This document shows, piece after piece, positions 1-9,957 of a stretch of 41,774 bases of DNA (position 1 is the first letter of the stretch; the number at the start of each line of letters is the position of its first letter). Source of the stretch: an uncultured Candidatus Planktophila sp. Lineage in GTDB: Bacteria > Actinomycetota > Actinomycetes > Nanopelagicales > Nanopelagicaceae. The stretch covers positions 1 to 41,774 of the forward strand of contig CAZMBG010000001.1 in assembly GCA_964564615.1 (NCBI GenBank). The letters are read 5' to 3'. Made by a program: the position numbers and the translations under genes. The notes beneath the pieces are model-generated. The model did not search any database. It saw only the letters and a list, made by a program, of their open reading frames with translations, and was not told the DNA's origin.

Positions 1-624
1 TGCACAGAGAACGCCAAGAACTCCACCTTCGGCACAACTTGGAACCATGCCTGGAGGTGGTGGTTCTGGATAGAGACAGCGATAGCAAGGGCCATACTCG
101 GCCCAAAACACGCTAGCTTGGCCATCAAATCGATAAATTGAACCCCAGACATATGGCTTCTTCAGAAGCACGCAGGCATCATTGACAAGATAACGAGTTG
201 CAAAATTATCGGTTCCGTCAACAATGATGTCGTATTGTGAAAAAATCTCCATTACATTGCTGTTATCGAGTCTGGTCTCGTGTAACACCACGTTGACGCT
301 TGGGTTAATTTCGGCAATTTTTTCGCGGGCGCTCTCAGCTTTACTCTTTCCGATGTCAGATTGCCCGTGAATAATCTGACGCTGCAAATTCGATTCATCA
401 ACGGTATCGAACTCAACAATTCCTATAGTTCCAACGCCGGCGGCAGCTAAGTACATAAGTGCAGGTGATCCAAGACCGCCTGCGCCTACACAGAGGACCT
501 TTGCGTTCATCATTCGCTGTTGGCCTGCCATAGCTACATCAGGAATGATGAGGTGGCGGCTATAGCGACGAACTTCTTCAACGGTGAGCGCAGCGCCAGG
601 AGTAACCAATGGAGGGGTCTTCAT
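1..624 (-). CDS. moeZ: MoeZ/MoeB adenylyltransferase-sulfurtransferase (ThiF family), 3' end runs off the window
   Basis: Not in the ORF track. Manual translation from ATG at 624 gives MKTPPLVTPGAALTVEEVRRYSRHLIIPDV...KVLCVGAGGLGSP...GPCYRCLYPEPPPPGMVPSCAEGGVLGVLCA, with the RYSRH, GxGGxG and CYRC motifs. The frame is open to position 1. Confidence 0.93.
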   Translation of the reverse strand, partial: MKTPPLVTPGAALTVEEVRRYSRHLIIPDVAMAGQQRMMNAKVLCVGAGGLGSPALMYLAAAGVGTIGIVEFDTVDESNLQRQIIHGQSDIGKSKAESAREKIAEINPSVNVVLHETRLDNSNVMEIFSQYDIIVDGTDNFATRYLVNDACVLLKKPYVWGSIYRFDGQASVFWAEYGPCYRCLYPEPPPPGMVPSCAEGGVLGVLCA

Positions 625-641
625 ACGGCAATTCTGCCGTA
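624..641. promoter_or_regulatory. Perfect inverted repeat TACGGCA-attc-TGCCGTA, candidate operator between divergent moeZ and tetR
   Basis: 7-bp perfect arms seen directly, overlapping the moeZ start and its putative -10 (CAGAAT on the minus strand, 631-636). The operator role is inference. Confidence 0.45.
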
Positions 642-680
642 GTGTTACAAGTCGCGCCAATCGACAGTACGATATGCGCA

Positions 681-1304
681 ATGAATACTGTAGATGCAAA
701 TAATTCGCGTGCTGATAAAGCGAGACTTCCGCGCGATGAACGACGTGCAATTCTCTTGCATGCAGCGCTCGAGGTATTCACGCAGGCTGGATATCACTCA
801 GCCGCCATGGATGAAATCGCCGATCGCGCTAACGTCAGCAAACCAGTTCTGTATCAGCACTTCCCTTCCAAGCTAGATCTCTACTTGGCAGTGCTCGATG
901 TGCATATTGATTCATTGGTGTATGAAATTCAAAAAGCAATCTCATCAACTCCCGATAACGCACAACGCGTGCACGCAACCATTGCTGCTTATTTCAGCTT
1001 TATTGAAAGTGAGGGCGAAGCTTTTCGCCTACTCTTTGAAAGCGATATGAGCGTTGAGCCACAAGTACACGAACGCCTCAATCGAATGACGTATGACTGC
1101 GCGGCAGCTGTCAGTGGTGTCATCTCCAATGACACTGGATTGCCGAAAGAAGCAGCGATGCTATTAGGTGTAGGGCTCATCGGCAGTGCTCAAGTAACTG
1201 CTCGCCACTGGCTTGAGCGCGATAGCAAACTCACTCGCCAACAAGCGATGGATCTTGTTGAAAATCTCATGTGGCGAGGAATTTCGGGATTCCCGCGAAC
1301 ATAG
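681..1304 (+). CDS. TetR/AcrR family transcriptional regulator
   Basis: N-terminal HTH (ILLHAALEVFTQAGYHSAAMDEIADRANVSKPVLYQHFPSKLDL). Start moved from 609 to ATG 681, which avoids overlap with moeZ and has a -10 TACGAT 7 nt upstream. Confidence 0.92.
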   Translation: MNTVDANNSRADKARLPRDERRAILLHAALEVFTQAGYHSAAMDEIADRANVSKPVLYQHFPSKLDLYLAVLDVHIDSLVYEIQKAISSTPDNAQRVHATIAAYFSFIESEGEAFRLLFESDMSVEPQVHERLNRMTYDCAAAVSGVISNDTGLPKEAAMLLGVGLIGSAQVTARHWLERDSKLTRQQAMDLVENLMWRGISGFPRT

Positions 1305-2623
1305 TGACTATTACATTCGCCGATCTGCCGTTGCGCAGAGAAACAATTGAAGCGCTCAATGCGCATGGTTTTACCGCACCATTTCCCATTCAAGAACAAG
1401 TGCTTCCTATTGCGCTCGACAATCACGATGTAATCGGCCAAGCCAAAACCGGAACTGGTAAAACTCTAGGATTTGGATTGCCGATTATTGAACACGTCAT
1501 TGCTCCATTAGATTCAGAGTGGGCGACTTTGGAATATCAAGGTGCCCCCCAAGCTCTAGTTGTGGTCCCAACGCGCGAGCTCTGTATTCAAGTTGCCGCA
1601 GATTTAGAAGAGATTGCAAAAAATCGTGGGATTCGAACATTGGCAGTTTATGGCGGTCGCGCCTTTGAACCTCAGATTGAAGCGCTCGAAAACGGTGTTG
1701 AGATAGTTGTTGGCACACCTGGTCGTTTAATTGATCTCTATCGCCAAGGAAAACTTCAGTTAAAGCACATTAATCGCGTGATTCTCGATGAAGCCGACAT
1801 CATGCTCGATTTAGGATTTCTGCCAGATGTAGAAAAACTATTCTCATTTACTCCCAATCGTGAACAGACCATGCTCTTCTCAGCGACTATGCCTGGTGAG
1901 ATTATTTCGCTGGCACGCCGCTTTATGAACCAACCGATGCATGTTCGCACGGTCGATTCACAGGACGAAGGAACGGTTGTCGATCGCATTCAGCAGCACG
2001 TTTACCGCGCTCACTCGATGGATAAAGTTGAGATGCTAAGCCGTATTTTGCAAGCCAATGGTCGAGGTCCAACCATTGTTTTCTGTCGCACAAAAAGAAC
2101 TGCTCAGAAGACCACGGAAGAACTGCTAGAGCGCGGATTTAAGGCCACCACAATTCATGGCGACCTTGGCCAGAGCGCGAGAGAGAAATCTCTCGGAGAT
2201 TTTAAATCTGGCAAGAAAGATGTTCTTATCGCTACCGACGTCGCTGCCCGCGGTATCGATATTGATGGCATCACTCACGTCATTAATTTTCAATGCCCAG
2301 AAGATGAAAAAACTTATGTTCACCGTATCGGTCGTACCGCACGCGCTGGTGCCGATGGCATAGCAGTGACTTTTGTTGATTGGGACGATATGCCGAAATG
2401 GAAGGCAATAGATCAAGCGCTGAAGTTAGAGCTCCCAGAGCCGCCTGAGACCTATTCGTCTTCTGAAAATTTATATTCTGATCTTGATATTCCACGTGAT
2501 GTGCGTGGTCGAGTTGTAGCGGTCAAGGAAGTAAAGACATCACAGCCGCGCGGCGAAAAACCTCAGCCGCGCACAGAGCGCCCAAAGCGCGATCGCAAAC
2601 GTACTCGCAGCTACAAAGAGTAA
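1304..2623 (+). CDS. DEAD-box ATP-dependent RNA helicase
   Basis: Q motif (GFTAPFPIQ), AKTGTGKT, PTREL, TPGR, DEAD, SAT, ARGID and HRIGRTAR. Probable GTG start at 1304 overlaps the tetR stop. Confidence 0.95.
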   Translation: MTITFADLPLRRETIEALNAHGFTAPFPIQEQVLPIALDNHDVIGQAKTGTGKTLGFGLPIIEHVIAPLDSEWATLEYQGAPQALVVVPTRELCIQVAADLEEIAKNRGIRTLAVYGGRAFEPQIEALENGVEIVVGTPGRLIDLYRQGKLQLKHINRVILDEADIMLDLGFLPDVEKLFSFTPNREQTMLFSATMPGEIISLARRFMNQPMHVRTVDSQDEGTVVDRIQQHVYRAHSMDKVEMLSRILQANGRGPTIVFCRTKRTAQKTTEELLERGFKATTIHGDLGQSAREKSLGDFKSGKKDVLIATDVAARGIDIDGITHVINFQCPEDEKTYVHRIGRTARAGADGIAVTFVDWDDMPKWKAIDQALKLELPEPPETYSSSENLYSDLDIPRDVRGRVVAVKEVKTSQPRGEKPQPRTERPKRDRKRTRSYKE

Positions 2624-3232
2624 TTAACCCGCAGCAAGTACTTTGACGCCATTGGCCAGCATTTGCACTGCAATTGCTGCCAACAGGAGACCAGAAATCG
2701 ATGCAAGTAGCGTTACTCCAGAATCTTTGATGATCATTAAGACTTTTGTTGAACCCATCAAAACGGTTCCGATAATAATGTGCACGGCAATAATTGCTAT
2801 TGCCAGGGCAGCGATACGAGCAGCCGAATTAGCTTGTTGAACAAAGATCATCGTCGCAACAATGGCGCCTGGTCCGGCAAGCAGTGGCGTACCCAGTGGG
2901 ACCATTCCAATATTTGTGTTTCTTGGTTTCTCCTCAGACTTTGTTCCGGTAAGTAATTGCAAAGAGACTAGAAGCAGAAGTAAACCTCCTGCAGTTTGCA
3001 AAGCTTCAATAGAGACGTTGAGGTAATCGAGGATAAAGCGACCAAAGAGTGCGAAGGTAGCGATAACAAAGAGGGAAACACCAGCCGCCTGCCATGCTAA
3101 TCGGGTTCGCTCACGGTGAGACCGTTCCGAAACCAGTGAGAGAAAAATAGGAGTTGCACCAGGTGGATCCATAATCACCAGTAAAGTGATGAGAGCTTGC
3201 AGCGCGAAGGTGAAAGTGCTTACCGTATTCAT
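2624..3232 (-). CDS. MarC family inner membrane protein
   Basis: MDPPGATPIF and VPLGTPLLAGPGAI motifs; about 6 hydrophobic segments. Confidence 0.92.
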   Translation of the reverse strand: MNTVSTFTFALQALITLLVIMDPPGATPIFLSLVSERSHRERTRLAWQAAGVSLFVIATFALFGRFILDYLNVSIEALQTAGGLLLLLVSLQLLTGTKSEEKPRNTNIGMVPLGTPLLAGPGAIVATMIFVQQANSAARIAALAIAIIAVHIIIGTVLMGSTKVLMIIKDSGVTLLASISGLLLAAIAVQMLANGVKVLAAG

Positions 3233-4074
3233 TACTTAACTACCCTTCGGTCTGTTGCATAAGATTCTAACCGTTCAAATTGTGCAGCAGGAGTGAGGTT
3301 TTCACCAAGTCCGTTGAGTTTTCCAGTACCGTGATAGTCGCTAGCGCCAGTTACAACAAGATCTAGGTCGCTGGCCACTTTCAAGAGCAGATTCTTCTCT
3401 TCATCACTATGATCGCGATGAAAAACTTCGATGCCATTCAAACCAGCCCCCACCATCTCTTGAAAATCAGATGCCGCAACAATTTCGCCGCGGCGAGATG
3501 CATAAGGGTGAGCAATGACGGCCACTCCCCCGGCAGCGCGAATCGCGCGAATAGCATCTTCTGGGGTAGGCGATGCATGAGTGACGTAGAAAGGCGAATC
3601 ATTGTGAAGTAACTCTGCAAATGCTTCATCGCGCGCTTTTACAATACCAAGTGCAACGAGCGCATCAGCTAAATGTGGTCGGCCGACGGTTGCGCCTTCT
3701 GGGACCTGCGCCATAACATCGGCAAAGTTAATTGAAATACCGGCTGCACCTAATTTCTCGACCATCTTCTTCATTCGTGGAATTCGGGTATCTCGAGAGT
3801 CTGAGAGAAGTTGTTGCATAGGTTGATTGTCACCATCAAAGAGCAATCCCAGCATATGAACTGCAACTCCAGAATTGGTAAGACAGGAAACCTCTGCGCC
3901 AAGAACTAATTGCAGAGATGTTGGTCGAGCGGCAATTGCCTCTGCCCAACCTGCTGTTGTGTCGTGATCAGTGAGTCCTAGTGTAGTTATTCCAGATGCA
4001 GCAGCTTTCTTTACGAGAGCAGTAGGTGAATCTGTGCCATCGCTGCACGTGGTGTGGGTATGTAGATCAATCAT
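3232..4074 (-). CDS. PHP-domain metal-dependent phosphoesterase (TrpH/YciV-like)
   Basis: DLHTHTTCSDG, LTDHDT, GRPH, AHP and GASDYHG motifs. Confidence 0.92.
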   Translation of the reverse strand: MIDLHTHTTCSDGTDSPTALVKKAAASGITTLGLTDHDTTAGWAEAIAARPTSLQLVLGAEVSCLTNSGVAVHMLGLLFDGDNQPMQQLLSDSRDTRIPRMKKMVEKLGAAGISINFADVMAQVPEGATVGRPHLADALVALGIVKARDEAFAELLHNDSPFYVTHASPTPEDAIRAIRAAGGVAVIAHPYASRRGEIVAASDFQEMVGAGLNGIEVFHRDHSDEEKNLLLKVASDLDLVVTGASDYHGTGKLNGLGENLTPAAQFERLESYATDRRVVK

Positions 4075-4973
4075 TCCAGAACCTCCGCCCTGGTTAATTC
4101 CTTCGACGGTCGAGTTCGCGTTACGACTATGGTGCAGCCTAAAAGAATAACTGCGATGCCTGGTAGAAGTAATGGAGAAGGTTCTTTTCCAATATTAAAA
4201 ATCCAGGCTATCAGCGCCGCTACTGGGACTTCAAAGAAAACAATTAACGAAACTATTGCTGGTGAAACTTTCTTTAGCGCAGAGTTAAACATCGAGTGAC
4301 CAAGCATCTGCGCTCCGCCAATAAGTCCGAGCAATATCCACCATTGTCGAGCTGGAAATGAGAAGATCTCTTGCCCGAACACTACCGCCAGCGGCAAGGC
4401 GGTTATCGCACAGGTGAAGTAACAAATAGTCATATATGAAGTTGCGACAAGAGTTTGTAAAGCTCGCGATCCCCACAACATATACAAAGCTGCAAGTGCA
4501 GCAGAAATAATTGCTGCGATATCTCCTATAAATGATTTTTGATCCAGCGAAAAGTCAATTCCGGAAATTGCAATGACTCCTGCCAAACTGATAAACATTC
4601 CCGTCCACGCGCGTGATGGAATTTCTGCTCCAGTCATTTTTACAAACCAGGCGGCAAAGATTGGTTGAAGAGCGACCAAGGCAGTGCCAGCAGCAACTGA
4701 TGTAAAACGCATGGCGATAAAGAACCCAATAAAGTGCAGGGCGAGCACAACCCCGGCTCGAATCGACCAGACAACTCCGACTGAATTAAGTTTCTTACGA
4801 TCTCGAATAAGGAATGGAAGGGTAAGAATTGACCCACCTAAGTTGCGCCAGAAAATCAAGGTCAGTACCGGCATTGCGCTGAGGGCGATGAGAGGTCCAG
4901 ATGAACCAATACCCAAAATTCCGATGAATAGTTTGGTTGAGTCCCGCTTGTCGGGTCTTAATGTGTGGGACAT
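4071..4973 (-). CDS. DMT/EamA family transporter
   Basis: About 10 hydrophobic helices in two EamA-like repeats. Confidence 0.85.
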   Translation of the reverse strand: MSHTLRPDKRDSTKLFIGILGIGSSGPLIALSAMPVLTLIFWRNLGGSILTLPFLIRDRKKLNSVGVVWSIRAGVVLALHFIGFFIAMRFTSVAAGTALVALQPIFAAWFVKMTGAEIPSRAWTGMFISLAGVIAISGIDFSLDQKSFIGDIAAIISAALAALYMLWGSRALQTLVATSYMTICYFTCAITALPLAVVFGQEIFSFPARQWWILLGLIGGAQMLGHSMFNSALKKVSPAIVSLIVFFEVPVAALIAWIFNIGKEPSPLLLPGIAVILLGCTIVVTRTRPSKELTRAEVLE

Positions 4974-5002
4974 GGCTCAAACCTAGCGGATACCCTTCTC
5001 CT

Positions 5003-6295
5003 ATGAGCGCATCAGGCATGAATCGAATCTTTCTTGCCCGCCTCGCCGGCACCGCGGTCTTTGACCCTAATGGAGATCCAGTCGGCAAGGTTCGGGATGC
5101 GGTCGCGACCCTTCGTTCAAATAATCAACCACCTCGAATCCTTGGGCTTGTCGTAGAAGTACCACTACGTCGTCGAGTCTTTGTTCCAATTACTCGCGTT
5201 ACATCAATTGAATCAGGTGCAGTTGTTATCACTGGTTTGTTAAATATGCGTCGCTTCGAAACACGTGCCGGTGAAATCTTGGTTCTGGGTGATTTACTTG
5301 ATCGTAAAGTTACCCTGATTGAGAGTGGTGAACCCGTTCTCGTCGAAGACATGGGCATGGAACAAAGCCGCACTGGTGACTGGTTGATCAACAAAGTTCA
5401 CATCATGCGTCGAGGATCAGGATTGCGGCGGAAAGGTGCAACATCAACTGTTGCTTGGGAGGAAGTTTCAGGTTTCCAAGCAACTGAAACCAATCAAGGT
5501 GCCACAAATCTTCTCTCAACGTTGAGCACGCTGCGCGCCGCCGACTTAGCTGCAGTATTGCTTGACCTATCTCCAAAGCGTCGCGTTGAAGTTGCCCGCG
5601 CACTTGACGATGAGCGTTTGGCAGACGTCATTGAAGAGATGGATGAGACTGAGCGAGTAGCTCTCTTAACCGAACTCGAAGGCGAACGCGCCGCCGATGT
5701 TTTGGAAGAGATGGATCCTGACGACGCTGCTGACGTTCTACGTGAAGTAGGTGAGGAACGTGCACAGGAATTAATCGATCTAATGGATCCAGAAGATGCA
5801 GAAGATGTTCTTCGCTTGATGACGTATGAAGATTACTCAGCGGGTGGTTTGATGACCACCGAACCTATTGTGATGTCTGCAGATTATTCCGTTGCAGATG
5901 CGCTGGCTGCTGTGCGTAAAGCAGAGCTTTCGCCGGCCCTTGCCTCACAAGTATTTATATGTCGCCAGCCACTCGAGACTCCTACTGGACGATTTATTGG
6001 CCTCGTGCATTATCAACGGCTTTTGCGGGAAGCGCCGGCCACATTACTCGGCTCAATTGTTGATACCAATACCGCCGGAATTAATCCCGATACACCGTTG
6101 CACGAAGTTGCGTCATACTTAGCCAGCTACAACTTGTTATCCGTTCCAGTTGTAGATGCCAATGAACGGCTACTCGGTGCGATTACCGTCGATGACGTGC
6201 TCGACCACTTACTGCCTGAGAACTGGCGCCACGATCACCGCGATTCTGCAGTTGCTACTGCAGCGCTAGAAAATCTTGAGATAGAAGAGGAGTAA
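5003..6295 (+). CDS. MgtE intracellular-domain protein (PRC-barrel-like N-terminus, MgtE_N, CBS pair; no membrane domain)
   Basis: Acidic MgtE_N repeats (MDPDDAADVL), AGGLMTTE, and CBS motif PVVDANERLLGAITVDDVLD. No long hydrophobic stretch. Start moved to ATG 5003 (-10 TACCCT 6 nt upstream). Confidence 0.88.
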   Translation: MSASGMNRIFLARLAGTAVFDPNGDPVGKVRDAVATLRSNNQPPRILGLVVEVPLRRRVFVPITRVTSIESGAVVITGLLNMRRFETRAGEILVLGDLLDRKVTLIESGEPVLVEDMGMEQSRTGDWLINKVHIMRRGSGLRRKGATSTVAWEEVSGFQATETNQGATNLLSTLSTLRAADLAAVLLDLSPKRRVEVARALDDERLADVIEEMDETERVALLTELEGERAADVLEEMDPDDAADVLREVGEERAQELIDLMDPEDAEDVLRLMTYEDYSAGGLMTTEPIVMSADYSVADALAAVRKAELSPALASQVFICRQPLETPTGRFIGLVHYQRLLREAPATLLGSIVDTNTAGINPDTPLHEVASYLASYNLLSVPVVDANERLLGAITVDDVLDHLLPENWRHDHRDSAVATAALENLEIEEE

Positions 6296-6297
6296 CC

Positions 6298-6795
6298 ATG
6301 GCACGCAACTATGGACTTGATACCCCTCGTGAAACACGACGTTCACTCCGTCCGAATTTTGACCCAGAAGCATTTGGTCGCCTCTCTGAACGCTTCGCCC
6401 GTTTCTTAGGAACAGCTCGTTTCTTGGTCTACATGACTGTCTTTGTTTTTAGCTGGATTCTCTGGAATACCTTGGCACCGACCGACCTTCGTTTCGATAA
6501 GTATCCATTTATCTTTCTCACATTGATTCTCTCGCTTCAAGCTTCGTATGCTGCGCCGCTTATCTTGTTGGCTCAAAATCGCCAAGCAGATCGCGATCGA
6601 ATTGCGCTCAACGAAGATCGGGCTCGTGGAGATCGCAATATTGCCGATACTGAATACCTCACACGTGAGCTCGCGAGCTTGCGCATCGCATTGGGAGACG
6701 TTTCAACTCGTGACTTCGTTAGAAGTGAACTGGAAGATTTATCAGACGAGATTGTAAAGAAGTTACGCGAGTCCCAATCGCTTACCGACAAGTGA
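6298..6795 (+). CDS. DUF1003 family membrane protein
   Basis: FDKYPFIFLTLILSLQASYAAPLILLAQNRQ signature; two TM segments plus a coiled-coil tail. Confidence 0.9.
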   Translation: MARNYGLDTPRETRRSLRPNFDPEAFGRLSERFARFLGTARFLVYMTVFVFSWILWNTLAPTDLRFDKYPFIFLTLILSLQASYAAPLILLAQNRQADRDRIALNEDRARGDRNIADTEYLTRELASLRIALGDVSTRDFVRSELEDLSDEIVKKLRESQSLTDK

Positions 6796-7881
6796 TCCTT
6801 TTCGAATCACCAATCCGTCGACAATTGCCTTAATTGCAACTGCGCTTGAGCTTTCAGGCGCGCTAATTACTACTGGCGCACCTTCATCGCCACCTTCGCG
6901 AAGCGTTGTGTTAAATGGAACTTTGCCTAAGAGCGGAACGTTGCCACCAACTAAATTCGAAAGGCGGCGAGAGGTTTCTTCACCACCGCCTGTGCCAAAG
7001 AGCGAAATATCCTCACCGCACTTTGGACACGGAAAGGCTGACATATTCTCAATAACACCAATTACTTGTTGGTGAATTTGGTGAGCAATTCGACCGGTGC
7101 GCTCTGCTACTTCAGCTGCTGCAACTTGTGGTGTTGTAACTACTAAGATTTCGGATGAAGGGATGAGCTGACCAAGTGATATTGCTAAATCTCCAGTACC
7201 TGGCGGTAAATCGATAAAGAGAATATCGAGATCTCCCCAAAATGCATCAGAGAGAAGTTGTTCCAGCACTCGGTGAAGTAGTGGTCCACGGTAGGCAATT
7301 GGATCTGCTCGATCTGGCTTAAACATCTCCATTGAGACTACTTTGACCCCATAATTTTCTACCGGAATAAACATCTGATCAATTGCAGTAGGTCTTTGAT
7401 CGATGAGATTCATTAATCTTGGAATCGAGTGGCCATAGACATCAGCATCTAAAATTCCAACTCGCAAACCTTTTTGAGCCGCTGCGACTGCGAAATTGAC
7501 GGTGAGAGAGGACTTTCCAACCCCACCTTTTCCAGATGAGACCCCAATGACTCGGGTATTGGAATCAGCTTGCGCAAAGGTAATGAAAGACTCTTTGCCA
7601 TTACGAAGCAGTTTCTTAATGTTGGCGCGTTGTTCGTCATTCATAACACCGTAAGTAATGGTGACGCTTTTGACGGGTTCGAGGGTGGCGAGAGCACTTT
7701 CAATATCTCGTTGGAGTCGGTCTTTCATTGGACAACCTGAGATAGTTAACAAGATATGGACTGAAACCGATGATCCATCAATCTCGACGCGTTCAACCAT
7801 GCCGAGTTCAGTAATAGCGCGATGCAGCTCGGGATCATTGACCTTAGAGAGCGCTTGTTGGACTAGGTCTTGAGAGATCAT
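6763..7881 (-). CDS. mrp: Mrp/NBP35 (ApbC) Fe-S cluster carrier ATPase
   Basis: N-terminal DUF59-like DPEL..ITELGMV, Walker A SGKGGVGKS, DADVYG, DLPPGTGD and CPKC. Confidence 0.94.
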   Translation of the reverse strand: MISQDLVQQALSKVNDPELHRAITELGMVERVEIDGSSVSVHILLTISGCPMKDRLQRDIESALATLEPVKSVTITYGVMNDEQRANIKKLLRNGKESFITFAQADSNTRVIGVSSGKGGVGKSSLTVNFAVAAAQKGLRVGILDADVYGHSIPRLMNLIDQRPTAIDQMFIPVENYGVKVVSMEMFKPDRADPIAYRGPLLHRVLEQLLSDAFWGDLDILFIDLPPGTGDLAISLGQLIPSSEILVVTTPQVAAAEVAERTGRIAHQIHQQVIGVIENMSAFPCPKCGEDISLFGTGGGEETSRRLSNLVGGNVPLLGKVPFNTTLREGGDEGAPVVISAPESSSAVAIKAIVDGLVIRKGSLVGKRLGLA

Positions 7882-8180
7882 AAAAGATCAGGATCGATGG
7901 TTGGCTCGGGGCGCTTTGGCTTGGGCTTCTCTTCATCGATGATGGAGTTAATTTGATTTTGGACAAAGGTCTTGGGATTGAGATCTTTAATCTGTAGATC
8001 TTCGAAGCCAGGGCCGAGATTGTCTTTGAGTTCATTTGTTGCAGTTGTAGCCAGAGATCTCAACTTCTTTACCATCCGCGCTGCATCCACTGCGAGTTTA
8101 GGTAATCGGTCTGGACCTACCAAGATCATTGCTAATACGGCAAGGCCAAGAATTTCACCTGCTCCGAAGTCAAAGAACAT
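7878..8180 (-). CDS. tatB: Sec-independent translocase subunit TatB
   Basis: MFFDFGAGE-TM-GPDRLP followed by an amphipathic helix; lies between htrA and mrp. Confidence 0.88.
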   Translation of the reverse strand: MFFDFGAGEILGLAVLAMILVGPDRLPKLAVDAARMVKKLRSLATTATNELKDNLGPGFEDLQIKDLNPKTFVQNQINSIIDEEKPKPKRPEPTIDPDLL

Positions 8181-8197
8181 ATCCGAACTCTATCCTG

Positions 8198-9316
8198 CTA
8201 TTTGCCAGCCGTCAGGGTGAGCCGAACTGTCTTCTTTACTCCGGCCCGCGTATAGGTGAGGCTGATAGTTTCACCAACATCGTGAGATCTAACCGCCACA
8301 ATCAACTCTTCTGGGCTAGAGATCTTTTTGCCTTCGAATTCGACAATGACATCACCAGGTTTAAGGCCAGCTTTAGCAGCAGGACCACCAGCCAAGATTG
8401 CATTGCTCTTGGTTGATATGTGGGCTCCGGTTCCGGTGATACTCATATCAACGGAGACGCCAATGACCGGGTAGGTTGCCTTACCGGAATTAATAAGTTG
8501 CTCTGCCGTTTTGCGCGCCTGATTAATTGGAATCGCAAAACCCAAACCAATCGATCCGGTTTGCGCAGATGTCGAGCTCAATGTTGCGATCGCTGAATTA
8601 ACGCCAATCACTGCGCCGGTTGCATCAACCAACGGTCCTCCTGAGTTACCAGGGTTGATAGCGGCATCAGTTTGGAGCGCATTAATAAATGAACTATCAG
8701 ATGCGCTTGCACCAGCGGTAACTGCGCGATCTTTAGCGCTAATGATGCCCAATGTAACTGTGCCAGATAGCCCAAGCGGAGATCCGATTGCTATGACGGA
8801 ATCACCTACTGCCACTTTATCGCTATCGCCAAATTGAAGCGCGGTAAGTGTGCGGTTAGAAATTCGAAGGACCGCTAAATCATAGGAAGTGTCTCGTCCT
8901 ACAACTTGAGCAGAGTAGGAACTTCCATCATTGAGATTAACGGTAATCTTTCCGTTGCTTTCAACTGAAGATGCAATCACGTGGTTATTAGTAAGTATGT
9001 AGCCATCGCTTGATATGACAAATCCGGAGCCAGTTGCGCCACCATCGGCATCTTGTGCTTCGATTGAAACAACTGATGGCAAGACTCTTTGCGCTATGCC
9101 CGCAACTGAATCAGCAGGACGTTCGATTGTGGATTGCGATTTAACCAACTTAGTTGAGCGACCAAAGAGAGAGCCAGAAGAAGCGGCTCCAAAAGTGCCA
9201 CCAACTAATCCGGCCACGATAGCAATAACAACTACATTTCTGACCGGCATGTGCTTTCCGCGAGCAGCAGGTGCGCTCCACCACGGCCCATTATTGTGCG
9301 ATCCCCAAGTACTCAT
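8198..9316 (-). CDS. htrA: HtrA/DegP-family serine protease with PDZ domain
   Basis: N-terminal TM segment, TNNHV, DLAVL, QTDAAINPGNSGG and a C-terminal PDZ (GPAAKAGLKPGDVI). Confidence 0.93.
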   Translation of the reverse strand: MSTWGSHNNGPWWSAPAARGKHMPVRNVVVIAIVAGLVGGTFGAASSGSLFGRSTKLVKSQSTIERPADSVAGIAQRVLPSVVSIEAQDADGGATGSGFVISSDGYILTNNHVIASSVESNGKITVNLNDGSSYSAQVVGRDTSYDLAVLRISNRTLTALQFGDSDKVAVGDSVIAIGSPLGLSGTVTLGIISAKDRAVTAGASASDSSFINALQTDAAINPGNSGGPLVDATGAVIGVNSAIATLSSTSAQTGSIGLGFAIPINQARKTAEQLINSGKATYPVIGVSVDMSITGTGAHISTKSNAILAGGPAAKAGLKPGDVIVEFEGKKISSPEELIVAVRSHDVGETISLTYTRAGVKKTVRLTLTAGK

Positions 9317-9330
9317 ATCCGCCTATCTTG

Positions 9331-9957
9331 CTACAACTTGGTGGCAAGCAACAAGCCGTCGCTTACTGGAATGAGCGAAGTCATCCACAACTCTGGTTGA
9401 TTTTTAAGCAACTTCCCAGCATCTCGCAAGGCAACGGTCTTTGCATCTCGTTGGGCTGGGTCTGAGACTTTTCCGCCGCCAAAATAATTATCAATCACAA
9501 AGATTCCGCCACTTCGCAAAATACGATGCGCTTCCGTAATTGCTTCTGGCAAATCTTCTGGGTTGTGACGATAAATCACTAAGTCATAAGCGCGATCAGT
9601 TAACTTTGTCATCACATCCATTACTGGATTGGTAATGAGGCGAAAGCGCGAAGGCGCAATATCAGCCTCTTGAAATGCGGTCCGAGCAATAGTTGCATGT
9701 TCGAGTTCGTCATCGATAGAAGTTAACGTTCCTGAGGGAATCATCCCGTCGAGTACCCACAATGCACCGACGCCGGATCCAGTACCTACCTCAACTACTG
9801 ATTGGGCCTTTAACAAGGAAGCAAGGAAACGCAACATTGATGCCGCCCCTTGAGAACTATCGGTGACGCCGAGCTCGAGTCCACGCGCACGAGCTGCAAG
9901 AGCCACAGAATCCTCTGCAATAAAACCTTCCGCAAAAGAGTGTGGATCTATTTTCAT
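9331..9957 (-). CDS. O-methyltransferase (class I SAM-dependent, family 3)
   Basis: VEVGTGSGVG SAM-binding motif and LRSGGIFVIDN. ATG 9957 overlaps the upstream stop (ATGA). Confidence 0.88.
   Translation of the reverse strand: MKIDPHSFAEGFIAEDSVALAARARGLELGVTDSSQGAASMLRFLASLLKAQSVVEVGTGSGVGALWVLDGMIPSGTLTSIDDELEHATIARTAFQEADIAPSRFRLITNPVMDVMTKLTDRAYDLVIYRHNPEDLPEAITEAHRILRSGGIFVIDNYFGGGKVSDPAQRDAKTVALRDAGKLLKNQPELWMTSLIPVSDGLLLATKL

Noticed and set aside
609-680. Longer N-termini given by the ORF track (tetR 609, helicase 1271, MgtE-like 4937, purK 21836, birA 22596, biotin carboxylase 24910, CNNM protein 41229)
   Set aside because: They overlap neighbouring genes or promoters. The downstream starts have -10, SD or stop-overlap support and begin at the family's normal N-terminus.
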